Of a stretch of DNA of 64,000 nt, positions 1 to 11,711 are shown one piece after another. The translations under genes and the position numbers were made by a program. The notes under the pieces are model-generated. The model was given only the letters and a program-made list of their open reading frames with translations. It did no database searches and was not told the DNA's origin. The stretch's first letter is position 1, and every line of letters starts with the position of its first letter. Origin of the DNA: Octopus sinensis (taxonomy: Eukaryota). The DNA is taken from NCBI RefSeq assembly GCF_006345805.1, contig NC_043020.1, positions 12,648,001 through 12,712,000 of the forward strand, written 5' to 3'.

Positions 1-112
1 CTTGACACTTGGTGTTGATGTGTTTACATCCTCATAACTTAGTGGTTTGGCAAAAGAGATCAATGGAATAAATATCTCCTGCTTAAAAAAAAACAGACAC
101 TCTTTACTCATT

Positions 113-527
113 TTTACTCTTTTACTCTTTTACTTGTTTCAGTCATTTGACTGCGGCCATGCTGGAGCACCACCTTTTAGTCGAGCAAATCGACCCCGGG
201 ACTTATTCTTTGTAAGCCCAGTACTTATTCTATCGGTCTCTTTTGCCGAACCGCTAAGTGACGGGGACGTAAACACACCAGCATCGGTTGTCAAGCAATG
301 CTAGGGGACAAACACAGACACACAAACACATACACACACACACACATATATACATACATATATACGACAGGCTTCTTTCAGTTTCCGTCTACCAAATCCA
401 CTCACAAGGCATTGGTCGGCCCGGGGCTATAGCAGAAGACACTTGCCCAAGATGCCACGCAGTGGGACTGAACCCGGAACCATGTGGTTGGTTAGCAAGC
501 TACTTACCACACAGCCACTCCTGCGCC
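113..527 (-). mobile_element. SINE family A (tRNA-like head, central (TA)/(TG)n, (GAGTAAAA)n tail)
   Basis: Reverse complement of ggcgcaggagtggctgtgtgg...gaaacaagtaaaagagt; the family has more than 20 copies in the window. Confidence 0.85.
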
Positions 528-574
528 TTTGTTATAGAAATTATAATAAAAATGCCAAATAAATTCCAACTCAC

Positions 575-748
575 ATTCTTTGTGCAAGAAGACAAGCATG
601 TATGCTTGACGATCAGAGAACTCGCTCTCTTGGCCGGTCTTATTGGTCAGATGCAAAAACTGGACCTTCAAGAAATTGACTCTTTCGATATTCAGTGAAA
701 ACAAGCGATTTGGGGTGAGAATCTCGGCCAGAAATGCTGTGTAAATTT
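575..748 (-). CDS. GSAP: GSAP/pigeon homologue, coding exon 6 (174 nt, phase 1-1); gene continues left of the window
   Basis: Acceptor ttttttctgtcaatttattccag and donor GTGAGT. Encodes IYTAFLAEILTPNRLFSLNIERVNFLKVQFLHLTNKTGQESEFSDRQAYMLVFLHKE, which resembles recalled human GSAP CLTLLVEIHPVNNVKVLKAVDSYIWVQFLY...NHLLLISEEK. Confidence 0.85.
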
Positions 749-935
749 CTGGAATAAATTGACAGAAAAAAATTAAATTAATTAAAACATCAAAGCAGAT
801 TGTTTAACAAAAACCATTGCAACTTATGTCAAAAAACCAATTTTATAAAGCATTGTTTAGCCTAGGGCTACAAGTAAATATGCTTGTCTGAATGTACTAC
901 AATCAGTTGATAATTCTTACAAACTAATTATGGTT

Positions 936-1210
936 ATGTGAGGTATACTTGCCATCTCAATATGGCTAACCACTAAGGGTGGGTGTTACTGTAGCTTGTA
1001 GCCCCAGGAGAACATCTCCTCCAGCTGGCTTTAGGCACACTTTCTGTGCCCTTATGGTATTTGCAAAGGATGACCTCCCTTTGCAAATACCATAAGGCAC
1101 AGAAAGTGTGCCTAAAGCCAGCTGGAGACGATGTTCTCCTGCGGCTACAAGCTACAGTAACACCCACCCTTAGTGGTTAGCCATATTGAGATGGCAAGTA
1201 TACCTCACAT
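936..1210. mobile_element. Foldback/MITE, near-perfect 275-bp palindrome
   Basis: atgtgaggtatacttgcc... and ...ggcaagtatacctcacat with loop near 1071-1075; the right arm recurs alone at about 36805-36938. Confidence 0.85.
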
Positions 1211-1801
1211 TGTCGTGCAGTTACTGTTTATACCTCGTTCAGAGATTTATTATTAATTATGGTTAATTTACTCATTACAGTAATTAGAACTGTTGCCATG
1301 CTTGGACACTAATTTGAAAAATTGTAGCCAAATTTATCAACCTCAGTACTTATTATTCTTTTGTAAAGCCTGATAATTATTCAATCAGTCCCTTTAGCTG
1401 AACCGCTAAGTTACAGGGACATACACACACCGACACTGGTTGTGAAGCAGTCGTGGAGGACAAACAGATGCAAAGACATGCATGGACACACGGACACACA
1501 TGTATGACAGACTTCTTTCAGTTTCTGCCTACCAAATCCACTCACAAGGCTTTAGTTGGCCTGAGGCTATAGTAGAAGGCACTTGCCCAAGGTACCATGC
1601 AGTGGGACTGAACCCAAAACCATGTGGTTGGGAAGCAAGCTTTTTACCACACAGCCACACCTGCTTGTGCCTATGATATTAAAATCATGCTAAACAAACC
1701 TAATAAATTGTAAAAAAATAATGCAATAAGTTTTGAAGGTGAGAAAATTTAAGAGAATTTAAAATGTTTTGAATAGGAATAAAACTGAGAAAGATACTCA
1801 C

Positions 1802-1846
1802 TTTGGCCAGCAAATTCATCAACCATTTCAGTTAGGATTGTAAAAG
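1802..1846 (-). CDS. GSAP: GSAP homologue, coding exon 5 (45 nt, phase 1-1)
   Basis: Acceptor ttttgcgtctctttgaag (AAG) and donor GTGAGT. Splicing gives TLL-A-FTILTEMVDEFAGQ-K, in frame with both neighbouring exons. Confidence 0.75.
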
Positions 1847-2214
1847 CTTCAAAGAGACGCAAAATAGACAAAAATTTACAGACCCATCAAACTCATGGCA
1901 AAGAAAATGAACAAAAAATTAAAAGAGAAAAAACAAATGTAAGAACCATTAATCACACACACACACACAAAGAGAAATAGGGTGAACAATGGAAAAAGTT
2001 TGCAATGTCCAGCCTGCAATACTAAACCTTATGGAAGCAGGACCAATGTTAGAAAGTGCAGGGCCCAATGAGAGAATTGTCAGTGGAGCCCTCTACTCTA
2101 CAAAATCTGAAGATTGACATTTTATGTTTCCTCTAGCATGCCAGTGCCAGCCAAAAATTGTTAAGGGCTTGAGGCTCCCCCATTAGTTACAATGATATAT
2201 TAAAATTTCATCCT

Positions 2215-2960
2215 TATCCTGATCAACCTTATCATTGACCTCATCATCTTCATCAACATCCTCATCATCCTCCTCATCATTATCACCATCTTCATCATTT
2301 TTCACCTCATCGTCATTCTCATCATCATTTTCATCATCCTCATCATCCTCATCACCATCATCTTCATCCTTCTCATAATCATTTTCACCTTCATAATCCT
2401 CCCCAACCTCATCTTCATTCTCATCCTCATCCTCCTCCTCATCTTCATCATTTTTCACCTCATCATCATTCTCATCATCATTTTCATCATCCTCATCATC
2501 CTCATCACCATCATCCTCATCACCATCATCTTCATCCTTCTCATAATCATCTTCACCTTCATAATCCTCCCCAACCTCATCTTCATTCTCATCCTCCTCC
2601 TCCTCCTCATCTTCATCATTTTTCACCTCATTGTCATTCTCATCATCATTTTCATCATCCTCATCACCATCATCTTCATCCTTCTCATAATCATCTTCAC
2701 CTTCATAATCCTTCCCAACCTCATCTTCCTTCTCATCCTCATCCTCCTCCTCATCATCATCATTTTCATCATCCTCATCATCCTCATCACCCTCATCCAC
2801 ATCACCATCATCTTCATCCTTCTCATAATCATCTTCACCTTCATAATCCTCCCCAACCTCATCTTCATTCTCATCTTCATCTTCATCCTCGTCCTCATCA
2901 CCCACCACCATCGTCCTCATCTTCATCCTCATCCTTCTCATCATCATCCTCATCTCCATC
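2215..2960. repeat. (TCA/TCC)n-derived array with ~140-160-bp higher-order unit; Asp/Glu-rich open frame on minus strand
   Basis: EVG.DYEGE.DYEKDEDDG recurs 4 times in ORF 2183..3103. Confidence 0.8.
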
Positions 2961-3188
2961 ATGCAAACATTGCTGGTTTTAACAATTGCAACGGATATAA
3001 TCCATTCCTCAACCCTCGCTGGAAACATAATCCTAATCCCATCCACCATCACAAGACAAACACAGGTTAAACCGACACCAAAGGCAGGGATTTTCAACTT
3101 CACGACTCACATCATGCATCATTCTAATCATAACTGTCCCAGCAGACATTATCTTAATCTCAAAGATTAAGTCTTAAATAATCCTTAC

Positions 3189-3258
3189 CTAGAAGTGTGT
3201 GGTGTTGATTGATGGAACAGCTGGTAACGTATTCAACTTTATCAAAAACCCAGACGAC
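3189..3258 (-). CDS. GSAP: GSAP homologue, coding exon 4 (70 nt, phase 0-1)
   Basis: Acceptor ttattttattctattcccag and donor GTAAGG. VVWVFDKVEYVTSCSINQHHTLL matches recalled human LLYTFEKDLQVFSCSVNSERTLL. Confidence 0.88.
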
Positions 3259-3289
3259 CTGGGAATAGAATAAAATAATATATGAGTTT

Positions 3290-4010
3290 GTGTGTGTATG
3301 TATATGCATGTGTGTGTATATCGTTATTATGTCAAACTGTCCTATGTCCAAATTTGGCCAAATACATTTTTTTCAATGTTTATTTTTGCTTGCAATAGCT
3401 GCTTCTTTTGCTCAAAACTGTCGTATCTCCAGCTGCTCTAGATGTCAAGATGTCAAATATTGTCAAAGTGTAGTACAACGGTTTTGCTATGAAATGGGGA
3501 AACTATTTTTTCGTTTTCTGAAAAAGCAACATTTTGGACTTACAACACTTTTGCATAATAGCAATCACACACAAACACACACACACACACACACACACAC
3601 ATATCATTGCTATTATGTCAAACTGTCCTATGTCCAAATTTGGCCAAATACGTTTTTTTCAATGTTTATTTTTGCTTGCAATAGCTGCTTCTTTTGGTCA
3701 AAACTGTCGTATCTCCAGCTGCTCTAGATGCCAAGATGTCAAATATTGTCAAAGTGTACTACCATAGTACAATGGTTTTGCTATGAAATGGGGAAATTAT
3801 TTTTTCGCTTTCTGAAAAAGCAACATTTTGGACTTACAACACTTTTGCATAATAGCAATCACACACAAACACACATACACACACATATATATATCGTTGC
3901 TATTATGTCAAACTGTCCTATGTCCAAATTTGCCCAAATACGTTTTTTTCAATGTTTATTTTTGTTTGCAATAACCAGTTCTTTTCGTCAAATTGTTGTA
4001 TCTCCACCTG
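3290..4010. repeat. ~285-bp tandem repeat, about 2.4 copies
   Basis: tattatgtcaaactgtcctatgtccaaattt recurs near 3326, 3611 and 3901. Confidence 0.85.
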
Positions 4011-4186
4011 TTTCAGATGCCGCTGTGTGGTAAGTAGCTTGCTTACCAACCACATGGTTCCAGGTTCAGTCCCACTATGTGGCACCTTGGGCAAGTGTCT
4101 TCTACAATAGCCTCGAGCCAACCAAAGCCTTGTGAGTGGATTTGGTAGACGGAAACTGAAAGAAGCTCGTCATATATATGTATATA

Positions 4187-4350
4187 GGGCGCAGGAGTGG
4201 CTGTGTGGTAAGTAGCTTGCTTACCAACCACATGGTTCCGGGTTCAGTCCCACTGCGTGGCATCTTGGGCAAGTGTCTTCTGCTATAGCCCCGGGCTGAC
4301 CAATGCCTTGTGAGTGGACTTGGTAGACGGAAACTGAAAGAAGCCTGTCG

Positions 4351-4383
<33 letters not shown>

Positions 4384-4600
4384 TTGTGTGTCTGTGTTTG
4401 TCCCCCTAGTATTGCTTGACAACCGATGCTGGTGTGTTTACGTCCCCGTCACTTAGCGAATCGGCAAAAGAGACCGATAGAATAAGTACTGGGCTTACAA
4501 AGAATAAGTCCCGGGGTCGATTTGCTTGACTAAAGGCGGTGCTCCAGCATGGCCGCAGTCAAATGACTGAAACAAGTAAAAGAGTAAAAGAGTAAAAGAG
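4187..4600 (+). mobile_element. SINE family A
   Basis: Full-length copy preceded by a partial copy at 4018-4177. Confidence 0.85.
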
Positions 4601-5035
4601 AGTATATGTATATATATGTGTGTGTGTGTTTGTGTGTTTATGTTTGTCCCCCCCACATCACTTGACAACCAATGCTGGTGATGTATATGCTTGCACTTGT
4701 ATGTGTGTGTGTATATGTGCATATATATGCATGTATGTACATGTGTGTGCATGTGTGCGCATGTGTGTATATGTGTATTCATGCATTTGCATGTGCGTAT
4801 GTGTGTGCATGCGTGTATGTATGTGCATGTATGTGTGCATGTGTGTATATGTGTGTGTATGTATATGTGCACGTGTGTATATGTGTGTCTACATGTGCGC
4901 TTGTATGTATATGCCGTGTGTATATGTGTATGTGCATGTGTGCATGTGTATGTATGTGCAAGTATGTATGCATGTGTGTATATGTATATGCATGTGTGTG
5001 CATGCATTTGTATGTGTGTATATGTGTATATGCAG
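4600..5035. repeat. Cryptic (TG/TATG/TGCA) microsatellite
   Basis: Low-complexity purine-pyrimidine alternation; source of many spurious ORFs. Confidence 0.85.
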
Positions 5036-5501
5036 CATATCAAAGGCATAGAAGGCGTGGTTTTACATTCTTATAGAATTCATTTTCACAGATAATGGCT
5101 TTCTTATATTCAAATTAATTTCAGCAGTTCTCATTCACATTATGTTATGCATAATCAATATGAATGTAAAGTGGCTGAGCACTCCACAGACACGTGTACC
5201 CTTAACGTAGTTCTCGGGGATATTCAGCGTGACACAGAGAGTGACAAGGCCGGCCCTTTGAAATACAGGTACAACAGAACAGGAAGTAAGAATGAGAGAA
5301 AGTTGTGGTGAAGAGTACAGCAGGATCACCACCATCCCCTGCCGGAGCCTCGTGGAACTTTTAGGTGTTTTCGCTCAATAAACACTCACAACGCCCGGTC
5401 TGGGAATCGAAACCGCGATCCTATGACCGCGAGTCCGCTGCCCTAACCACTGGGCCATTGCGCCTCCATGATGATGAATGTAAAGGCAGCAAGCTGGCAG
5501 A

Positions 5502-5544
<43 letters not shown>

Positions 5545-5641
5545 GTGGTGGTGGTGGCATATGCGGCAGCAGCGATGGTGGTGGTGATGATGATGATGAT
5601 GCAAAGGGATGTGTTAATGATAACAATGATTTCCAACTCAC

Positions 5642-5695
5642 CCTGTAGTCTTTTGAATCGGGACATGCTAATCCGATATGTGTTTTAAGATGATC
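5642..5695 (-). CDS. GSAP: GSAP homologue, coding exon 3 (54 nt, phase 0-0)
   Basis: Acceptor ttttctctactttcttacaattgtag and donor GTGAGT. Encodes DHLKTHIGLACPDSKDYR; phases fit exons 2 and 4. Confidence 0.8.
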
Positions 5696-6102
5696 CTACA
5701 ATTGTAAGAAAGTAGAGAAAATAATGAGCTGAGTATTAGTTTTTACCTTTCCAAACACTTACGCTACATGTTTACATGTGTCCTCATAATTATTTCCATG
5801 TATACAAGCACACTGATATACATACTCACAAGAAAAACACCGAGCTCTTCTCACTCGTGAGTTTCTCAGCAAAACCAACATGGTATCACTTCTGCATCCA
5901 CCCTAATCAACAGATTTACCACCCATGGACTTCCATCTCTACCCCAAGTGGAGGCACATGGCCTAGTGGTTAGAACATCCTAATCAACAGATTTACCACC
6001 CATGGACTTCCATCTCTACCCCAAATGGAGGCACATGGCCTAGTGGTTAGAACATCCTAATCAACAGATTTACCACCCATGGACTTCCATCTCTACCCCA
6101 AG

Positions 6103-6392
6103 TGGAGGCGCATGGCCTAGTGGTTAGAACATTGGACTCGCGGGTCGAGGGATCGCAGGTTCGAATCTCAGACCGGGTGATGTGTGTGTTTATGAGCGAA
6201 ACACCTAAGCTCCACGCGGCTCTGGCAGAAGGTAATGGTGAACTTCTGCTGACCCTTTCGCCACAACTTTCTCTCGCTCTTTCTTTCTGCATCTTGCAGC
6301 TTACCTGTGACGGACCAGCGTCCCGTCAGGTGGGGAACCTATATGCCAAGGAAACCGGCCCTTATGAGCCAGGTATGGCTCAAGAAGGAACA
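6103..6392 (+). mobile_element. SINE with D-like head and a different tail; 14-bp TSD atctctaccccaag
   Basis: TSD at 6089-6102 and 6393-6406. Confidence 0.8.
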
Positions 6393-7149
6393 ATCTCTAC
6401 CCCAAGATGAAAATGCAGCTCAAGGGTCCCATTGACTGTTCTCAAAACCCAGAGCAAATCACAAAAGGTCCTCGACTCACAGAAAACAACTTCTGGGCCT
6501 GATTCCTAAAGTGACGGTAATGCTGGGACCGGTGTATTCCTGCGCAAGGTAACTATTTCGAAGAAGACGATGAAAAATCTAGGTAAATAAGCTTTTCTTT
6601 ATTAAACATAACTAGAAGGCTGCACCAGGCCCAGTCTGATCTGGCAATGTTTCTATGGCTGGATGCCCTTCCTAATGCCAACCACACCACTCCTACTACA
6701 CTCACGGAGTGGTTGGCGTTAGGAAGGGCATCCAGCCGTAGAAACATTGCCAGATCACACTGGGCCTGGTGCAGCCTTCTGGCTTCCCAGACCCCGGTCG
6801 AACCGTCCAACCCATGCTAGCATGGAAAGTGGACGCAAAATGATGATGATGATGATGAGACCGGGAACTTTTTGATACCACCTCGTACATGGCCACAAAC
6901 TAATGAGAGTGAGGGCCTCTACATGGTCAGGTTTTGTTATACATATCAGCAGTAGGAAACCATAGCCATCGACTTCATAAGATAAACTGAATGAATAAAT
7001 GATCAAAATTCTACCAATGTAGTGTTGAGTACTCCCTTTGTCAGCTCATCATAACTGACCACCAGTATCACTTATCATCAGAGAAAGAAGAACAAGATTC
7101 ACTGGACACTGCTGGAGAAAAAAAGATGATTTATTGAAGGAGGCATAGG

Positions 7150-7915
7150 AGAGGCTGTGTGGTAAGTAGCTTGCTTATGAACCACATGGTTCCAGGTTCA
7201 GTCCCACTGCGTGGCAAGTGTCTTCTACTATAGCCTCATCATCATCATCATCGTTTAACATCCATTCTCCATGCTAGCATGGGTTGGACGGTTTGACCGG
7301 GGATCTGGGAAGCCAGAAGGCTACACCAGGCTCCAGTCTGATCTGGCAGTGTTTCTACAGCTTGATGCCCTTCCTAATGCCAACCACTCCATGAGTGTAG
7401 TGGGTGCTTTTTACGTGCCAGGCGAGGCTGTCAATGGCCACAATTGGATTGGTGCTTTTTGCGTGCCACCAGCAAGGAAGCCAGTCAAGGCGGCGCTGGC
7501 ATCGGCCACTTTCGGATGGTGCTTTTTACGTGCCACCAGCACGGAAGCCAGTCTAGGCGGCTCTGGCATCGGCCACGTTCGGATGGTGCTTTTTGCGTGC
7601 CACCAGCACAGGGATCACCGACCAAAGCCTTGTGAGTGGATTTGGTAGAAGGAAACTGAAAAAAGCCCGTCGTATATATGTATGTTTATGTATATATGTA
7701 TGTGTGTGTGTATGTTTGTGTGTCTGTGTTTGTCCCCCAACATCGCTTGACAACCGATGGTGGTGTGTTTACATCCCCGTAACTTAGCGGTTCAGCAAAA
7801 GAGACTGATAGAATAAGTACTAGGCTTACAAAGAATAAGTCCTGGGGTCGATTTTCTCAACTAACGGCGGTGCTCCAGCATGGCCACAGTCAAATGACTG
7901 AAACAAGTAAAAGAG
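7150..7915 (+). mobile_element. SINE family A interrupted by a family C element (7238-7616, minus)
   Basis: The A sequence stops at ...tatagcct and resumes at ccgaccaaagcc. Confidence 0.8.
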
Positions 7916-8088
7916 TATATTTGGCTGTTGTATTGAACAAGTTGGGAGACTAAATAAAAGATTTCTTGTTAACTACAGAATTGTCATTTTACAGAAAGAT
8001 GGTTGTTTGTTCCAGGAGAATAAATCAACTACATTCAACAAGTACAGAATCCCTCAACCCTACCTGCCTTATGGGGACTATAGTTTAA

Positions 8089-8308
8089 CCCTTTAGCATT
8101 CAGATTATTCCGTCAAATGTAAAGCTTATGTATTCACACCATGTAAAATTAATCTTGCATCATTTCATGGCTTTGAGATTTCAATGATGTGATTGTTTAT
8201 TTTTAAAATGACACAATAAGATAGCTATGAATGACTATATCTGACTAGTTTGAACATAAAATAGGTAAAATATTTTAGCCAGATATGGCCGGTTTAAACA
8301 CTAAAGGG
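8089..8308. mobile_element. TTAA-flanked MITE with piggyBac-type CCC...GGG ends
   Basis: ttaa|CCCTTTAG...CTAAAGGG|ttaa; further copies at 13439-13659 and 49235-49454. Confidence 0.8.
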
Positions 8309-8721
8309 TTAAAGAAAGTTAGGGGAATTACTTAATCTGTTCAATGTAAGAAACTGATTCCTGGCTAAGAATAGAAAAAACCTCATAAACCTCCTAGTAC
8401 TAATGCCAAAAGCAATGGAAAGGATTTTGTAGAAAAATCTAGGCTTAGGTTTCAATTCCTTGCTAAGAATCCAAGAAACCTCATAAACTTCCTTGTACTA
8501 ATGCCAAAAGCAATGAGGCTGAGGTTTCAATTCTTGGCTAAGAATCCAAGAAATGATTTCTTATACAAACTTCCAAATTATGAAGAAAAACTTATTTAAA
8601 TGTTCAAAAGATTTCACAGACCATAGAAAAAAATTTTTTTTTTCTGAAGTTCACTAAAATATTATGTTAAAAAGTCTTCACAAGATTATTAGAAACAATC
8701 TCAAAGTACTTCTTCGCTTAC

Positions 8722-8804
8722 CTCTCTCGCTGGCTTCTCTTCCCAAGAGAACAAAATACTGCCATCTTTTTCTTGGTTGATCAGACGCAATGTCTCACAG
8801 TTTT
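8722..8804 (-). CDS. GSAP: GSAP homologue, coding exon 2 (83 nt, phase 1-0)
   Basis: Acceptor ttttctcttcaattttgtcattacataaag (AAG) and donor GTAAGC. NCETLRLINQEKDGSILFSWEEKPARE resembles recalled human DYESLHVLNVERNGNIIYTYK. Confidence 0.82.
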
Positions 8805-8880
8805 CTTTATGTAATGACAAAATTGAAGAGAAAACAATTAACACAATAGATTAATTAATTGGCTGAGTAGCTAATTAATT

Positions 8881-9292
8881 GGCGTAGGAGTGGCTGTGTG
8901 GCAAGTAGCTTGCTTACCAACCACATGGTTCTGGGTTCAGTCCCACTGCGTGGCACCTTGGGCAAGTGTCTTCTACTATAGCCTCAGGTCGACCAAAGCC
9001 TTGTGAGTGGATTTGGTAGAGGGAAACTGAAAGAAGCTCGTCCTATATATGTATATATATGTGTGTGTGTGTGTGTATGCGTTTGTGTGTCTGTGTTTGT
9101 CCCCACCAACATCACTCGACAACCGATGCTGGTGTGTTTACGTCCCTGTAACTTAGCGGTTTGGCAAAAGAGACCGATAGAATAAGTACTAGGCTTACAA
9201 AAATAAGTCCTGGGGTCGATTTGCTCGACTAAAGGCGGTGCTCCAGCATTGCCACAGTCAAGTGACTGAAACAAGTAAAAGAGTAAAGAGTA
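8881..9292 (+). mobile_element. SINE family A
   Basis: Full-length copy about 75 bp from the GSAP exon 2 acceptor. Confidence 0.85.
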
Positions 9293-9696
9293 AGAGTAAC
9301 CAACTGAGACAGATGATAAAGAAGTGAAATACAACCAGTGTGTGTGTTTGTTACTGGTATGGACCCTCCTGAGATACAAGAATCATCATTATCATTCAAT
9401 GTCCATTTTCCATGCTGGTGTGAGTTGGACAGTTTGACAGCATCTGGCAAGCTGGAGAGCTGCACCAGGCTCCGGTCATCTGTTTTGGCTTGATCTCTGT
9501 GGCTTGATGCCTTTCCTGCCAATCACTTTACAGAGTGTACTGGATGGACTTTATGTGGCACCGGTATACTTGCTTTTACATGGCATCGGCAACAATGGTA
9601 TTGCCAAGTAATTTGTGAAACAAAGACCTCTTAGTTGAGAGAAAGAATGAAATCAAGGAAGGTGGCTGTGTGCCAGGTGAGAGGTTAGGTGAAAGG

Positions 9697-10330
9697 GCAG
9701 CGAGCTGGCAGAATCGTTAGCACGCCGGGCGAAATGCTTTGCGGTATTTCGTCTGCCGTTACATTCTGAGTTCAAATTCCACTGAGGTCGACTTTGCCTT
9801 TCATCCATTCGGGGTCGATAAATTAAGTACCAGTTACGCACTGGGGTTGATATAATCGACTTAATCCGTTTGTCTGTCCTTGTTTGTCCTCTCTATGTTT
9901 AGCCCCTTGTGGGCAATAAAGAAATAAGAAACGTTAGAAGGTCGGGCGAAATGCGTAGCCGTATTTCGTCTGCCGTTACATTCTGAGTTCAAATTCCGCG
10001 GCGGTTGACTTTGCCTTTCATCCTTTCGGGGTCGATAAATTAAGTACCAGTTACACACTGGGGTCGATGTATTCGACTTTATCTGTTTGTCTGTTCTTGT
10101 TTGTCCCCTCTATGTTTAGCCCCCTGTGGGTAGTAAAGAAATAGGTATTTCGTCTGCCGTTACGTTCTGAGTTCAAATTCCGCCGCGGTTGACTTTGTCT
10201 TTCATCCTTTCGGGGTCGATAAATTAAGTACCAGTTACGCACTGGGGTTCGATGTATTCAACTTAATCTGTTTGTCTGTCCTTGTTTGTCCCCTCTATGT
10301 TTAGCCCCCTTGTGGGTAGTAAAGAAATAG
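9697..10330 (+). mobile_element. SINE family B multimer (head ggcagcgagctggcagaa; core gcctttcatcctttcggggtcgataaa; tail gtgggtagtaaagaaat)
   Basis: Head-to-tail partial copies. Other B clusters at 14100-14545 (-), 25646-26056 (-), 36940-38187 (+), 43203-43430 (-), 50235-50464 (-), 52545-54460 (+) and 56140-56550 (+). Confidence 0.8.
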
Positions 10331-11626
10331 GTGAGAGGTTAGAGTATAATAGGGGAACAGAGGTAGTCATCTTACTATAGAGGAGATAATTGGCCACCCC
10401 AGTAGGACAAGGAAGGAGAAAGAAGCGGGGGAGAGAGTTAGGGAGGAAGATAGAGAGACAGTCGGAGTGTGTGTGTGTGTGTTGGTTAGTTGTATCGTTC
10501 AGTGTTCTTTCAGTTTAGTTTTATAGCCGTTTCCATTTAATTTCAACAGAGCTAATGCTTTCACTTTCTGGAAACTTAAAACTTAAATATTACCATGACC
10601 TTTAATCTACCCTTTAAGGAATTAGAACCAAGAACTGAATTCTCATTCTGTTGGCAATGACATATTTGCGTGAATCTAGATTCGATTCTGTTTTGTTAAC
10701 GAAGATAAACATCACAGAATCACTGATTCCACAGACATATTCCATGGATCCCAGTCAGAAGGAAGGTTCCAAAGTTTTGATGAATCGGGATTGAGAAACA
10801 GAAACCAAGAAGTCTCAAAAATTAATTTTCCCAATTGTTATAGATTTCAATTTTTTATTTTGTTTCTTTCTAATTGATTTTACATTTACGAACGGGGTTA
10901 ATATCTTATATTTTTTTAGTTCAATTTATTCTCACACATTAGTGTAGGTGATTTAATTAAAATAATAATTAATTAATTTGGTTACCAAAGATGTCGAATC
11001 CGTACATAAACAACGATTTTCGATATAGAGGCATGTCGTTTCTATGTTTACATAAATATTCTGACAATTTAATTTCAATCAATTATTAGAAAATCGATTG
11101 ATCATCTTTAAATAGGATTTTATTTTTGTTGGAAGTGGATGGAAATTGGCTGAGTTTTGAGATGGCTATCCTGCGAAGTCCCATACCTCAAGACGAATGA
11201 ATTAGATAAAGAAATAAAGTTGCTAAAAACACAAAAGTAAAATAAAAAAAAGAACACTGAAGTTTTTGGGGAAGAAATGTGTTTTTCAGCAACGTAATTT
11301 CCGTTGTTTGAGAGACAAGGACACGGAGGTGGGGCTACCCTTTCTTTGGCCATGAGGTGTGGGACTTCGAAGGAAGTTATTCCAAAAGTGCACCAGAAAA
11401 ATATTTGCTTGTTATGCAAGGTATAGAAACGAATGGGAACCACAGCTTTGAGAGAGATATACCAAAAAGATAAATATCATACAAACTCAATGACAGACGT
11501 GACAATTAATGAATAATTACATAAATAGGACAAAAAAATAAAGGTAAAATAAATGAAGATAAAAAAGAGAGACTGCCCTCTGTCAAAACTTTTATAAATA
11601 CAAACAATTATTGCGTAAAAACATAC

Positions 11627-11711
11627 GTGAGGTTTTCTTCTTCGAGGAGCGAGATTGAATAAAGTTCTTGATATTAAGTCCAATATCAACCACAGGTTTC
11701 AGTTCCAACAT
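11627..11711 (-). CDS. GSAP: GSAP homologue, coding exon 1 (85 nt, ATG at 11711)
   Basis: aaaacATG start, MLELKPVVDIGLNIKNFIQSRSSKKKTS, donor GTATGT at phase 1 matching exon 2. Similar to recalled human N-terminus MALRLVADFDLGKDVLPWLRAQ. Confidence 0.78.

Noticed and set aside
4495-5095. Cluster of 130-184 aa His/Thr- and Cys/Val-rich ORFs
   Set aside because: They are translations of TG/TATG microsatellite on both strands; the same applies at 63091-63478.
5763-5902. Two AG/GT-bounded minus-strand segments (5830-5902, 5763-5812)
   Set aside because: Phases are incompatible with the model and they are separated by only 17 nt.
5465-6130. tRNA-like sequences at SINE D and A heads as tRNA genes
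   Set aside because: No complete cloverleaf; they run straight into SINE bodies with TSDs.
6481-6578. Open 98-nt minus-strand segment with AG/GT borders as a GSAP exon
   Set aside because: Phase 0-2 breaks the frame, there is no similarity to GSAP, and 5642-5695 fits instead.
10680-10877. 65-codon open frame on plus (…FDESGLRNRNQE…)
   Set aside because: No start or good acceptor; antisense inside GSAP intron 1.
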